Positions 8,497 to 17,910 of a stretch of DNA of 39,625 bases are shown piece by piece (positions within the stretch are counted from its first letter, which is position 1; each line of letters begins with the position of its first letter). Source of the DNA: Candidatus Cloacimonadales bacterium (GTDB lineage: Bacteria > Cloacimonadota > Cloacimonadia > Cloacimonadales > TCS61); contig JAWOEN010000166.1 of assembly GCA_046482725.1 (NCBI GenBank), forward strand, positions 1-39,625, in the 5' to 3' direction. Made by a program: the position numbers and the translations under genes. The notes under the pieces are model-generated. The model was not told the origin of the DNA. It ran no database searches and worked only from the letters and a program-made list of their open reading frames with translations.

Positions 8497-8680
8497 GCAG
8501 CTAATGTTTTAGCTCTCTGAAAAAATCTCTGCCCCTGCTGGCTGCCAGCTCTTTCTCCAAAGTCGTCTCAAGCTTATTTCTACTATAAATATTTTTTCTG
8601 AGCTTGACATCCCAACCTGTTTGCCAAGTAGGTGTTATTTTTTTTGGAATCAAGTAAAAGAGATAGGAGATAGAGAATAT

Positions 8681-9577
8681 ATGAGCAATTTTTGGCAGAA
8701 AATCATTCCGGTAATCATCGTGTTTTTTTTGGGATTTCTCTTGAAGAGAATCAAGATTTTCCGGCACAACGACGGCGACCTGCTACTGAAAATAGTCTTT
8801 AATGTGACGCTGCCGGCTCTGGTCTTTTTGGCAATCTCGCAAGTCGAGCTGGTATTCAGTCTGCTCTTTTTGCCAATTATTGCCGCTTTGGTAATCTTGG
8901 TAAATTATCTTGTGGCGTCGTTCTGGGGCAAGCGACTAAACTTGCAGCCTGCCACTTTGGGCAGCTTCATTATCGGCAGTATGATCATGAATACAGGCTT
9001 CGTTCTGCCCTTTATTTTGGCGCGCTACGGTCCCGAAGCACTGGCCTATTACACGATTTTTGATTTTGGGAATATGCTGATGATCTTCACCTTTGGCTAC
9101 CTGATTGCTATGAAATATGGAGAAAATGGCAACCTGAAAATCGACCTGACCAAATTTTTGAAGCTACCTCCGATCTGGGCTCTGATTTTGGGTGTACTCT
9201 TCAACCTGGGAAATTGGGAAATAAATGGCGCTGCTGAGAATATCTTGGAAATGATCGGCACTCCCACAGTCTTTCTAACGATGCTGGCCCTGGGTTGTTA
9301 TTTTCATCCCCGCGTAAAAAACCTCAACAAGATCGTGCTGGTTTTCAGCATCAGGATTTTGGGTGGTTTGGCTCTGGGTTTGGCTCTCAGTTGGGTGTTT
9401 GGATTGGAAGGGATCGTGCGAGATATCGTGATAATTTGTAGCAGTGCGCCCGTGGGCTACAATACTTTGGTGCTCTCTTCCTTGGAAAATCTGGATAAAG
9501 ATTTTGCAGCCAGCTTGGTTTCTATCTCCTTAATTTTAGGAATTATCTACGTACCGCTGCTGATGTTTGTTTTATAA
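8681..9577 (+). CDS. AEC (auxin efflux carrier/malate permease) family transporter
   Basis: Start moved to ATG 8681 (AGGAG upstream). About 10 TM helices; VFNVTLPALVF, NTGFVLP, PPIWAL and SSAPVG motifs. Confidence 0.9.
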   Translation: MSNFWQKIIPVIIVFFLGFLLKRIKIFRHNDGDLLLKIVFNVTLPALVFLAISQVELVFSLLFLPIIAALVILVNYLVASFWGKRLNLQPATLGSFIIGSMIMNTGFVLPFILARYGPEALAYYTIFDFGNMLMIFTFGYLIAMKYGENGNLKIDLTKFLKLPPIWALILGVLFNLGNWEINGAAENILEMIGTPTVFLTMLALGCYFHPRVKNLNKIVLVFSIRILGGLALGLALSWVFGLEGIVRDIVIICSSAPVGYNTLVLSSLENLDKDFAASLVSISLILGIIYVPLLMFVL

Positions 9578-9619
9578 AAAATTGGGCAGAGTAGAGGCAC
9601 TTGCTCCTAATCTGCCCAA
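9578..9619. terminator. Terminator hairpin between convergent genes
   Basis: TTGGGCAGA...TCTGCCCAA stem; U-tract on the minus strand. Confidence 0.65.
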
Positions 9620-9634
9620 ATAGATTTCGGTTTC

Positions 9635-12283
9635 TTACTTCAGTAAAATCATCTTCTTCACTTGATTGTAATCGCTAGTCTGTAAACGGTAAAAATAGAT
9701 TCCTGAGCTCTGCTCAGCAGCATCCCAACCGTAGCTATGCTTTCCTGCTTCACAAGCTAAAAACTCTTTCTGCACGATTTGACCGCGAGCGTTATAAATT
9801 GTCAATTCAGCGATTTCAGCTGTTTGTAGTGAAAACCTGATCGTCGTACTAGCTGCGCGTTGGCTCTTTGTGGATGTGAAAGGATTGGGATAATTGCCGA
9901 TCAATTCGGTAACTAATGTCAGATCTTGCGAACTGGATTGAGCTAGGGTCAGCTCGATTGATATCTCTGTTATCTGCTCTGTCTCGATCAAAATATCGGT
10001 AACTGTCTCTGTCACGTAGCCTTCCAAACTGGCAATCAATTGATAGCTACCAACTTCCAGCTCCAGTGAAAAATCTCCCAGCTCATCAGGCGATATATTT
10101 TGTCCGGCAATCTCAATATTGACAGCGCTGACCTCAGCATCTCCGCCCTCTAAGCTTACTGTTCCCACCAAAGATCCATAATAGATAGTGGCGAACAGTT
10201 CCAGATCGAGGTTGGTAATCTGGTCAGCCAAAATCTCGATCTCTTCGATCACTACAGGATCATAACCTGCCAATTCTGCTGAGAGCTGATAAACACCGGT
10301 TTCCAGCTCAAGCTCAAAGCTACCGTCAGCGGCAGGATAATAGACCTCATCAGCTATTGTCAATGCTACCTCTTCCACATTTCCTTCGCCACCACTGAGA
10401 TTAACTGTGCCGCTGAGAGTTCCATAGCTGGCATCGTAGTGTGTGTAAACCAATTGATAGCCGCCATAAGCGACCAGTCTACCTTGATATGATAAAATAT
10501 TTTTGAGGCGAGTGGGAATGAAAGCAGGTTGCTCAATATCGATCATCTCCCAGCTCACTCCATTATCTTGGGAAATGATAATAGCATTTTCCACACCCTG
10601 ATTGCCAGCATTGTTGGCATAGCCCACAGCCACAAAATCTCCGTCCAGATTGGTGCTAATTCCCAGCAATTGATCTGTACCATCATAATCGGCTTGCTGC
10701 CAATCTGCCAAATCTGTTCCACCATTGGCAGTGTAATAAATATTGCCTTCAATAGTAGTAATCACTCCGACTTGATCCGAGCTGAAAGCTACTCCATAAA
10801 GATTTTCCGTACCTAGATTGAAGCTGCTCCACTCATCGTCCGCCGACTTGATAACGACCTCGCCGCCTTCTCCTACAAAGAAGATATCGCCATTTTCTTT
10901 GGCGGTGGCACCATAAAGTGCATAAGATGCACCCAGACTTTGCCAATTGGCGCCCTGATCTTCTGTATAATGAATATTGCCGGCACCCATCACATAAGCT
11001 TCTTGGTCATCAATCTTAAGAATATGAGAAATCTCACCCATTGCCAGGTTTATCTCTTCCCAGCTACTTCCGGCGTCAGTTGTGCGATACAATCTGCCAT
11101 CTTCTTCACTCGCCACAACTCCCACTTCTGTATCAAAGAAGCAAACTGCAAAAAAATCTTCCGCTTCGGTAGTAACATCAAGGCGCTGATAGCTAGCACC
11201 TGCATCTTCTGTTCTGATCAAAGTAGATCTGCCACCTGCCAAAAACCAATTTTCTTCATCCAAAATATCGCCGCCATAGAGATAGTAGGCCGGCACTGTT
11301 TTCTCGACCCAGGCTGCAGCTGCATAATCAGATTTTGCTACAGTACCATACCAGCCGCAGATAATAACCTGACCATCTTCGGTAAAGGCTACTCCATCAA
11401 AATAGCTGGAAAAATTGTTCTCTACAAAGCTGGCAGTTTCCCAGTTATCAGTAGTTTTCAGCAGCTCACCATACCAACCCACTGCAAAACCCAGATCGCC
11501 GTTCATGGCAATATTTCTAAGGTGATGACTAGCTCCGGTACCATTGATTTGCTGAAAAGTAGCAGCTCCATCTTCCGAAACAGCGATAAAACCATCGCCA
11601 CCGGAAACAATAACTTTGCCATTATTGCTAACCACCTCATAGAGATGAGGATCATCCATAAAACTAGCTCCGCTATCAAACCAATTTGCTCCAAAGTCGA
11701 TAGTTTTTTGAACCCAAGTAAGATCACTGCTGCCATTGTTTCCCACCAGATAGCCGGTTCCGTCAGCAGCCATTTCCACTGCATAGATCGTAGCACTCAC
11801 TCCCGATTCCTGAGCTTGCCAGTTAGCACCAAAATCTTCTGAATAAGCTACTTTACCGGCACTGCCCACAGCCCAGATCTTGCCATCTGCCAAATAGGCT
11901 ACATCTTCCAGATGGTCATTACCAAAATAATCTGCAATAAAATCTATAGTTTGCCAGCTTTCTCCGTCAGAGGTGATAAAAGCCAAGCCATTTTCGCTAG
12001 CCACTATTCCGTTGTTTTCATCGGCAAAAGCGATGCCATTGACATCTTTGTAATAATTTGTCGCTGCATTGAAAGCAGGGCTCTCGACAAAAGAGAAAGT
12101 CTCGCCATTATCTACAGATTTGGCAAAAGCTCCATTCATCCCACCTACCCAAATCTGCTGACCTACCTGTTCGATATCATATAAATGTACGGGAAAATCT
12201 GTCTGCCGATTTAGTTCCCAAGCTGCTAAGCCTGAAACGAGGAAAGACAAAATTATAAAAATAACCAAAATTCTTCTACTCAT
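9635..12283 (-). CDS. Secreted YCF48/BNR-repeat beta-propeller protein with two carboxypeptidase-regulatory-like domains and a C-terminal FlgD/T9SS type A sorting-like domain
   Basis: Signal peptide; many (S/T)xDxGxxW Asp-box repeats; two ~78-aa beta-sandwich repeats; C-terminus GNYPNPF..IYNARGQ..WDA..SSGIYFYRL..KKMILLK. Confidence 0.88.
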   Translation of the reverse strand: MSRRILVIFIILSFLVSGLAAWELNRQTDFPVHLYDIEQVGQQIWVGGMNGAFAKSVDNGETFSFVESPAFNAATNYYKDVNGIAFADENNGIVASENGLAFITSDGESWQTIDFIADYFGNDHLEDVAYLADGKIWAVGSAGKVAYSEDFGANWQAQESGVSATIYAVEMAADGTGYLVGNNGSSDLTWVQKTIDFGANWFDSGASFMDDPHLYEVVSNNGKVIVSGGDGFIAVSEDGAATFQQINGTGASHHLRNIAMNGDLGFAVGWYGELLKTTDNWETASFVENNFSSYFDGVAFTEDGQVIICGWYGTVAKSDYAAAAWVEKTVPAYYLYGGDILDEENWFLAGGRSTLIRTEDAGASYQRLDVTTEAEDFFAVCFFDTEVGVVASEEDGRLYRTTDAGSSWEEINLAMGEISHILKIDDQEAYVMGAGNIHYTEDQGANWQSLGASYALYGATAKENGDIFFVGEGGEVVIKSADDEWSSFNLGTENLYGVAFSSDQVGVITTIEGNIYYTANGGTDLADWQQADYDGTDQLLGISTNLDGDFVAVGYANNAGNQGVENAIIISQDNGVSWEMIDIEQPAFIPTRLKNILSYQGRLVAYGGYQLVYTHYDASYGTLSGTVNLSGGEGNVEEVALTIADEVYYPAADGSFELELETGVYQLSAELAGYDPVVIEEIEILADQITNLDLELFATIYYGSLVGTVSLEGGDAEVSAVNIEIAGQNISPDELGDFSLELEVGSYQLIASLEGYVTETVTDILIETEQITEISIELTLAQSSSQDLTLVTELIGNYPNPFTSTKSQRAASTTIRFSLQTAEIAELTIYNARGQIVQKEFLACEAGKHSYGWDAAEQSSGIYFYRLQTSDYNQVKKMILLK
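9951..10426 (-). repeat. Tandem pair of diverged ~78-aa beta-sandwich domains
   Basis: YGTLSGTVNLSGG..PAADGSFELELETGVYQLSAELAGY versus YGSLVGTVSLEGG..PDELGDFSLELEVGSYQLIASLEGY. Confidence 0.8.
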
Positions 12284-12594
12284 GAAAACACTCCTTATTT
12301 ACTGATTTTTTCTTTTTTTGCTTTTTATGAAAGCCTCGAGATTTGTAAAGAAAAAAGCTGGCGCTTCTGGTTTCCTTGCTTTTACTGCACCAAAAGCCAA
12401 GTTTGCATAAAAAAAATTCCTAGCTTTAGATAAACCGGCAGAGAAGATATTCTCCAAGAAATAGCTTTACATAATTATCGCATTTAAGACGAATAACATC
12501 TTAAAATCTAGCAAAGTAGAAAATAGGAAACAGGGTTAAATAAATCTCTGATTTCCGTCCTGATAGAACTAAAAAAAGATAAATAGGAGATTAA

Positions 12595-14151
12595 ATGAAA
12601 GTTTCTGAAAAAATCGAACTTTTAAGGCAAAACGAAGCCAAGGTAAAAGAGATGGGCGGTGCAAAACGCATCGAAAAGCATCATGATAAAGGCAAGTTTA
12701 CAGCTCGCGAAAGATTGGATATGCTGTTTGATCAAGGCACATTCCGCGAGATTGATATGTTTGTGAAACATAGATCCACCAATTTTGGAATGCAGCAGGT
12801 AGATATTCCCTCCGATGGAGTAGTCACCGGGCACGGTCTGGTGCATGGACGTCCTGTCTTTGCCTACTCCCAAGACTTTACTTCTCGCGGTGGTTCGCTG
12901 GGTGAGAAACATGCCGGCAAAATCGTCAAGGTGATGGATCTGGCAATGAAAGCGGGAGTTCCCATCGTAGGCATCAATGATTCCGGTGGCGCCCGAGTAG
13001 AAGAAGGCATCGACGCGCTGAAAGGTTACGGCGATATCTTCTTCCGCAATTCCCGAGCTTCCGGTGTGATTCCCCAGATCAGTGCGATTATGGGACCTTG
13101 TGCCGGCGGAGCTGTCTACTCACCAGCCATGACAGATTTTATCTTTATGGTGAAAAAAACCAGTTTCATGTTTATCACCGGACCCAGCGTGATCAAGACT
13201 GTTACCGGCGAAGAGACCACCTTCGAAGAGCTGGGCGGAGCGATGGCGCACAATACCAAAAGCGGCAATGCACATTTTGCCTGTGAAGATGAAGAGCACG
13301 CGATCGATGAGATCAAGACCCTGCTCTCCTATCTGCCCAACAACAATATGCAAGAGCCTCCGCATCAAAATACCGGCGATGATCCAACCAGATTATGTGA
13401 AAAATTGGATAGCCTCGTCCCCGATAGCGCCAAGATTCCTTATGATATGAAAGAGATCATTCATGAAGTTTTGGATAATGGGGATTTTTTTGAACCGCAC
13501 GAATATTATGCCGAAAATATCATCATCGGTTTGGGCCGTCTCAATGGGCGCACAGTTGGTATCGTAGCCAATCAGCCCATGGTTTTGGCTGGTTGCCTCG
13601 ATATAAATGCTTCGGATAAAGCAGCTCGCTTCATTCGTTTCTGCGACGCCTTCAATATTCCGCTGATCACTTTTGTAGATGTTCCCGGCTATCTGCCCGG
13701 CACACATCAGGAATGGGAAGGCATCATCCGTCACGGCGCCAAATTGCTCTGGAGCTATTCGGAAGTAACAGTTCCCAAGATGACTGTCGTGGTCAGAAAA
13801 AATTATGGCGGCTCCTATATCGCCATGAATTCGATGCATTTGGGTGCTGATATGATCTTTGCCTGGCCTTCAGCTGAGATTGCAGTGATGGGCGCTCAGG
13901 GCGCGGTAAATATTGTGGGAACCTATCGCAAAGCGATCGCCGCTGCTGAAGATCAGGAAGCGATGCGTCAAAGCAAGATCGATGAATATGAGACAGCTTT
14001 CAACACTCCCTATATCGCTGCTGAGCGCGGCTATATCGATGCAATAATCCAACCTTCGGAAACTCGGATGCGCCTGATAGATGCCATGGAAGTGATGTGT
14101 ACTAAAAATGAAGCACTGCCTCCCAAAAAACATGGCAATATCCCACAATAA
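12595..14151 (+). CDS. Acyl-CoA carboxyltransferase (methylmalonyl-CoA carboxyltransferase 12S / PccB / MmdA family)
   Basis: TARERL, DGVVTGHG, DSGGARVEEG, GPCAGGAVYSPAMTDF, RFCDAFNIP, DVPGYLPG and KKHGNIP motifs. AGGAG RBS. Confidence 0.95.
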   Translation: MKVSEKIELLRQNEAKVKEMGGAKRIEKHHDKGKFTARERLDMLFDQGTFREIDMFVKHRSTNFGMQQVDIPSDGVVTGHGLVHGRPVFAYSQDFTSRGGSLGEKHAGKIVKVMDLAMKAGVPIVGINDSGGARVEEGIDALKGYGDIFFRNSRASGVIPQISAIMGPCAGGAVYSPAMTDFIFMVKKTSFMFITGPSVIKTVTGEETTFEELGGAMAHNTKSGNAHFACEDEEHAIDEIKTLLSYLPNNNMQEPPHQNTGDDPTRLCEKLDSLVPDSAKIPYDMKEIIHEVLDNGDFFEPHEYYAENIIIGLGRLNGRTVGIVANQPMVLAGCLDINASDKAARFIRFCDAFNIPLITFVDVPGYLPGTHQEWEGIIRHGAKLLWSYSEVTVPKMTVVVRKNYGGSYIAMNSMHLGADMIFAWPSAEIAVMGAQGAVNIVGTYRKAIAAAEDQEAMRQSKIDEYETAFNTPYIAAERGYIDAIIQPSETRMRLIDAMEVMCTKNEALPPKKHGNIPQ

Positions 14152-14159
14152 GGATTCTT

Positions 14160-14342
14160 ATGAAAAAGCGAGATAAAAAGCTCCAAGCTGCTATTATGGC
14201 AGCCTTGCAATATATTCAGGAAGAAGAATCCGGCCAAAAGAAACAGATAAATCTCTGGGCTCGCAATGGTCGCGAGCGTATGATGGCAAACAATCGTTTT
14301 GTCCAGAAGCGCGGTAGAATTTTGCGTCCGGGCAGAGTTTAA
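14160..14342 (+). CDS. Small accessory subunit (acyl-CoA carboxylase epsilon / OadG-MmdD C-terminal-like, 60 aa)
   Basis: AGGA RBS; ATG 8 nt after the upstream stop. AAIMAAL helix and W-x3-GR-x2-MM motif; no TM anchor. Confidence 0.7.
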   Translation: MKKRDKKLQAAIMAALQYIQEEESGQKKQINLWARNGRERMMANNRFVQKRGRILRPGRV

Positions 14343-14431
14343 TTAAAAAAAATAATAAATCTAGATAACCGGCAAAATTCGAATATTTATAGATGACGAA
14401 TATTTGCCAACCTGATTGGAGGAAAGAGAAG

Positions 14432-16339
14432 ATGAGTTTAGATAAACACGGCGTATTAGAAATGACCAAGATGAATTATGATCCGCATCGTCCGGCTGCG
14501 AAAAATCCGATAAAGATTCAGGATGTAAGCTTGCGCGATGGGCATCAGAGCATTTTTGCCACTCGCGGGCGCACCGAAGATATGATCCCGGTTGCCAAAA
14601 TGATGGATGAAGTCGGTTTTCATTCCATGGAAGTCTGGGGCGGTGCTACCTTTGACACGATGCATCGCTATCTGGGCGAAGATCCTTGGGAAAGAATTCG
14701 TACTTTGAAAAAACATATCACCAAAACCCCCTTTTCCATGCTCTTGCGCGGGCAAAATGTAGTGGGCTATCGCAATTATGCTGATGATGTGGTAGAAGCA
14801 TTTGTGCAGCGAGCTTGCGATAATGGCATCGATATTTTCCGCTGCTTTGATGCGCTAAATGATTTTAGAAATTTCGAAACTGCAGCCAAGATTGTGAAGA
14901 AAAACGGCAAACATTTTCAGGGAACTATCTGCTATTCGCTCACCGAGATGCGGATGGGTGGAGATGTTTATAATATCGATTATTATCTGAACAAAGCCAA
15001 AGAGCTGGAAGAATTTGGAGTAGATTCTATCTGCATCAAAGATATGGCAGGTCTGGTGGCACCTTATGATGTTTACAACCTGATAGTTGCCCTAAAGCAG
15101 CAGACCGCTATTCCTATTCATCTGCACACACATTTCACTTCCGGCATGGCCGATCTGGCTCTGCTAAAAGCGGTGGAAGCTGGCGTAGATGTGATCGATA
15201 CTTGCATGGCACCCTATGCTTATCGCACTTCGCATCCGGCTGTGGAACCACTAGTAATTACTCTGATGGGAACAAATCGCGATAGCGGATTTGATATTGA
15301 AAAGCTGGCCGCGATCGGCAAAGAGATGGAAAAATATACTCCCAAATATATGCACTATCTCAATAATACCAAGCTTTCGATTATCGATACAAATGTGATC
15401 TTGCATCAAACACCGGGTGGTATGTTATCCAATTTGGTTAACCAATTGCGGGCGATGGATTCTTTGGATAAATTGGATGAAGTATTTGAAACTCTGCCTC
15501 AAGTTCGCAAAGATTTGGGTATGGTTCCTCTGGTTACACCTACCAGTCAAATTGTGGGTATTCAGACGGTGAACAATGTACTTTTTGATGAAAAACCTGG
15601 TGAATATGCCAAGATTACCGAGCAGGTAAAAGATCTTTGTTATGGGCTATATGGCAAAACAACTCGCCCCATCGACCCCGATGTCCGAGCCAAAGCGCTG
15701 AAGAATTATCCGCGCGGAGAAGAGCCGATCTCTTGTCGCCCCGGCGATCTGCTGAAGCCGGAATTGACCAAGATCCAAGCTGAGGTCAAAGGTTTGGCTC
15801 AAGATATCGACGATGAAATATTGTGTGCTCTCTATCCGGTTACAGGCAAGCGTTTCCTGAAATGGAAATATGGTTTGGCAGAAGTTCCGGACGATGTAAA
15901 GCCCAAGACGATGGAGCAAGTGGAGGCAGAGCAAGATCTGGTTGCCAAAGCTTTGGGCGGAAAGTTATCGGAAAAATCCGAGCGCGAAAAGCCGGCCAAT
16001 CTGCGTCAATTTGATATCTATGTGGATGGCGAATATTTCAATGTGGAAGTAGCAGACCCCAATGCTACAGCAACTCCGGCTCGCAAAAAGCGCGAGAAAT
16101 CAGCGGCTGAAGCAGCACCGGGCAGCGTGCTGGCACCGATCCCCGGTATGATAGCCGAATACAAAGTTGCCATTGGCGATACAGTAACCCAGGGCGATAC
16201 TATTTTGGTCTTGGAAGCGATGAAAATGTTTAATAATCTGGAAGCGCCGACTTCCGGAGTGGTAAAAGAGATCAAACACGATGTGGGCGATTCGGTAGCC
16301 AAGGGTGAGCTCTTGATGGTTATCGAGCCAACCGAATAG
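14432..16339 (+). CDS. Pyruvate/oxaloacetate carboxyltransferase (transcarboxylase 5S / PycB / OadA family) fused to a biotin carboxyl carrier domain
   Basis: Start moved to ATG 14432 (GGAGG). RDGHQS, EVWGGATFD, MLLRGQN, IKDMAG, HTH and PLVTPTSQIVG motifs; biotinylation motif EAMKM. Confidence 0.93.
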   Translation: MSLDKHGVLEMTKMNYDPHRPAAKNPIKIQDVSLRDGHQSIFATRGRTEDMIPVAKMMDEVGFHSMEVWGGATFDTMHRYLGEDPWERIRTLKKHITKTPFSMLLRGQNVVGYRNYADDVVEAFVQRACDNGIDIFRCFDALNDFRNFETAAKIVKKNGKHFQGTICYSLTEMRMGGDVYNIDYYLNKAKELEEFGVDSICIKDMAGLVAPYDVYNLIVALKQQTAIPIHLHTHFTSGMADLALLKAVEAGVDVIDTCMAPYAYRTSHPAVEPLVITLMGTNRDSGFDIEKLAAIGKEMEKYTPKYMHYLNNTKLSIIDTNVILHQTPGGMLSNLVNQLRAMDSLDKLDEVFETLPQVRKDLGMVPLVTPTSQIVGIQTVNNVLFDEKPGEYAKITEQVKDLCYGLYGKTTRPIDPDVRAKALKNYPRGEEPISCRPGDLLKPELTKIQAEVKGLAQDIDDEILCALYPVTGKRFLKWKYGLAEVPDDVKPKTMEQVEAEQDLVAKALGGKLSEKSEREKPANLRQFDIYVDGEYFNVEVADPNATATPARKKREKSAAEAAPGSVLAPIPGMIAEYKVAIGDTVTQGDTILVLEAMKMFNNLEAPTSGVVKEIKHDVGDSVAKGELLMVIEPTE

Positions 16340-16356
16340 AGCTTTTTTTTTTAACC

Positions 16357-16391
16357 AAAGCACAGTTTGGCCTTGCCCAAGCTGTGCTTTT
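16357..16391 (+). terminator. Intrinsic terminator of the carboxyltransferase operon
   Basis: AAAGCACAGTTTGG-ccttgc-CCAAGCTGTGCTTTT. Confidence 0.78.
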
Positions 16392-16504
16392 CTATCTCAT
16401 TTTTCTTTACAAACCAACTATTTCTGCAGAATTATCTTGGTCCCATCAATAGTCGGATTGACTAGTTTCGCTGGCATTACAAAAAAATTGGATAGGTAAT
16501 AATT

Positions 16505-17821
16505 ATGATAAGATTTTCATTTGCAACACTTGATTCAGCTTATTTAGCGCAGCGCTTCATCGAAAAAGGCGAGACAACTTTCTTTGCTGTCGATCTCTAC
16601 GACCTGGCAATAATTCTCGTCGGTTTACTAATCACGGTGGCAGTGATTTTACCGCGCCTGATTTCGGATCGCAAAATCTTAACAGCACCTCTACTCTACC
16701 TTCTGACCGGAGCTTTAGTATTTTTGCTACCCCAAGCGCCAGCACTTCCCGATCTGGTGGAAAATCCTTGGTGGCCCAAGCGCATAACTGAGCTGGGCGT
16801 GATCGTTGCACTTACATCTGCCGGGCTCAAATTAAATCGCCCTTTCGCTCGTTATAGCTGGCGAATTAGTTGGCGCTTGCTGGCTTTTACCATGCCACTA
16901 ACCATTATCGCCTCTGCTGTGCTAGGCTGGTGGGCTCTTGGCTTTGTTCCGGCTACTGCCTTGCTCTTGGGTGCTGTGATCGCGCCAACAGATCCGGTTT
17001 TAGCAGCTGATGTACAAACCAGCCGCCCCGGCAAACCAGATACTTCTCAAACCAAATTGGCTTTGACAACCGAGGCCGGCCTTAATGATGGATTAGCCTT
17101 TCCCTTCACCAATCTGGCAATTGCCGTAATGCTGGTAGGGACATCTCCTGCCAATTGGTTGAGCGGTTGGCTGGCAATAGATTTTTTCTACAAGATCATC
17201 GTGGGTGCTTTGGTGGGATTTGTTAGCGGCTGGACTCTGGCACGACTACTTTTTGGCTTTTCTGCGACCCGCCGTCTGGCGAAAACTATGACCGGCATCA
17301 CAACTCTCAGCCTTACTCTCTTACCATATGGGATAGCAGAGCTGTGTGCAAGCTATGGTTTTATTGCTGTATTCGCTGCAGCCTGCACCTTTCGCCAATT
17401 TGAATGTGATCATGAATATCAGATTACTCTGCATGATTTTTCCGAAGAGATCGAACGGGTGATGGTGGCAATTTTAATGTTTTTTATTGGCGCTTATGCA
17501 GTTAATGTTTTATCAGAATATCTGACACTAAACTTATTCTTGGTGGCTTTAGCTATTATCTTTCTAATTCGCCCCCTGAGCGGAAGCTTGGGCTTGGTCG
17601 GCTCACAACTATCTCGCAAAAAACGTCTAGCTGTCTCTTTTTTGGGCATTCGAGGAATCGGCTCAATCTACTATTTGGCTTATGCCATCTACCACGTCAA
17701 ATTTCCCGATGCAATGCAGTTGTGGACATTGATAATAACCACAATTATAGTTTCCGTGTTTGTACACGGTATCTTGGCAAATCCCATAATGAGCTGGGCG
17801 CTGAAAGAAGATAAACAATGA
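16505..17821 (+). CDS. Cation:proton antiporter, CPA1/NhaP family
   Basis: APTDPVLA, TEAGLNDGLAFPF and FLGIRGIGSIYY motifs; multiple TM helices. Confidence 0.92.
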   Translation: MIRFSFATLDSAYLAQRFIEKGETTFFAVDLYDLAIILVGLLITVAVILPRLISDRKILTAPLLYLLTGALVFLLPQAPALPDLVENPWWPKRITELGVIVALTSAGLKLNRPFARYSWRISWRLLAFTMPLTIIASAVLGWWALGFVPATALLLGAVIAPTDPVLAADVQTSRPGKPDTSQTKLALTTEAGLNDGLAFPFTNLAIAVMLVGTSPANWLSGWLAIDFFYKIIVGALVGFVSGWTLARLLFGFSATRRLAKTMTGITTLSLTLLPYGIAELCASYGFIAVFAAACTFRQFECDHEYQITLHDFSEEIERVMVAILMFFIGAYAVNVLSEYLTLNLFLVALAIIFLIRPLSGSLGLVGSQLSRKKRLAVSFLGIRGIGSIYYLAYAIYHVKFPDAMQLWTLIITTIIVSVFVHGILANPIMSWALKEDKQ

Positions 17822-17855
17822 TATTATTGCTCAAATGCTGATCAAAAAAAAAATG

Positions 17856-17885
17856 AAAAGCCCGATCTAAAAAAACCGGGCTTTT
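17856..17885. terminator. Bidirectional terminator between convergent genes
   Basis: AAAAGCCCG...CGGGCTTTT. Confidence 0.75.
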
Positions 17886-17910
17886 GCTAAATACTCCAAA
17901 TATAAACTAT

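Noticed and set aside
10940-11842. 300-aa + strand ORF
   Set aside because: Lies wholly antisense to the 882-aa propeller gene and has no recognisable motifs; a shadow ORF.
12284-12594. Search for a BirA operator or riboswitch upstream of the biotin-dependent operon
   Set aside because: No TGTAAAC..GTTTACA-type palindrome or known riboswitch consensus seen; the imperfect stem near 12526-12556 is too weak to call.
16343-16352. T10 run (also A10 at 17844-17853) as phase-variation tracts
   Set aside because: Both lie just downstream of stop codons next to terminators, not in coding or promoter-spacer positions.
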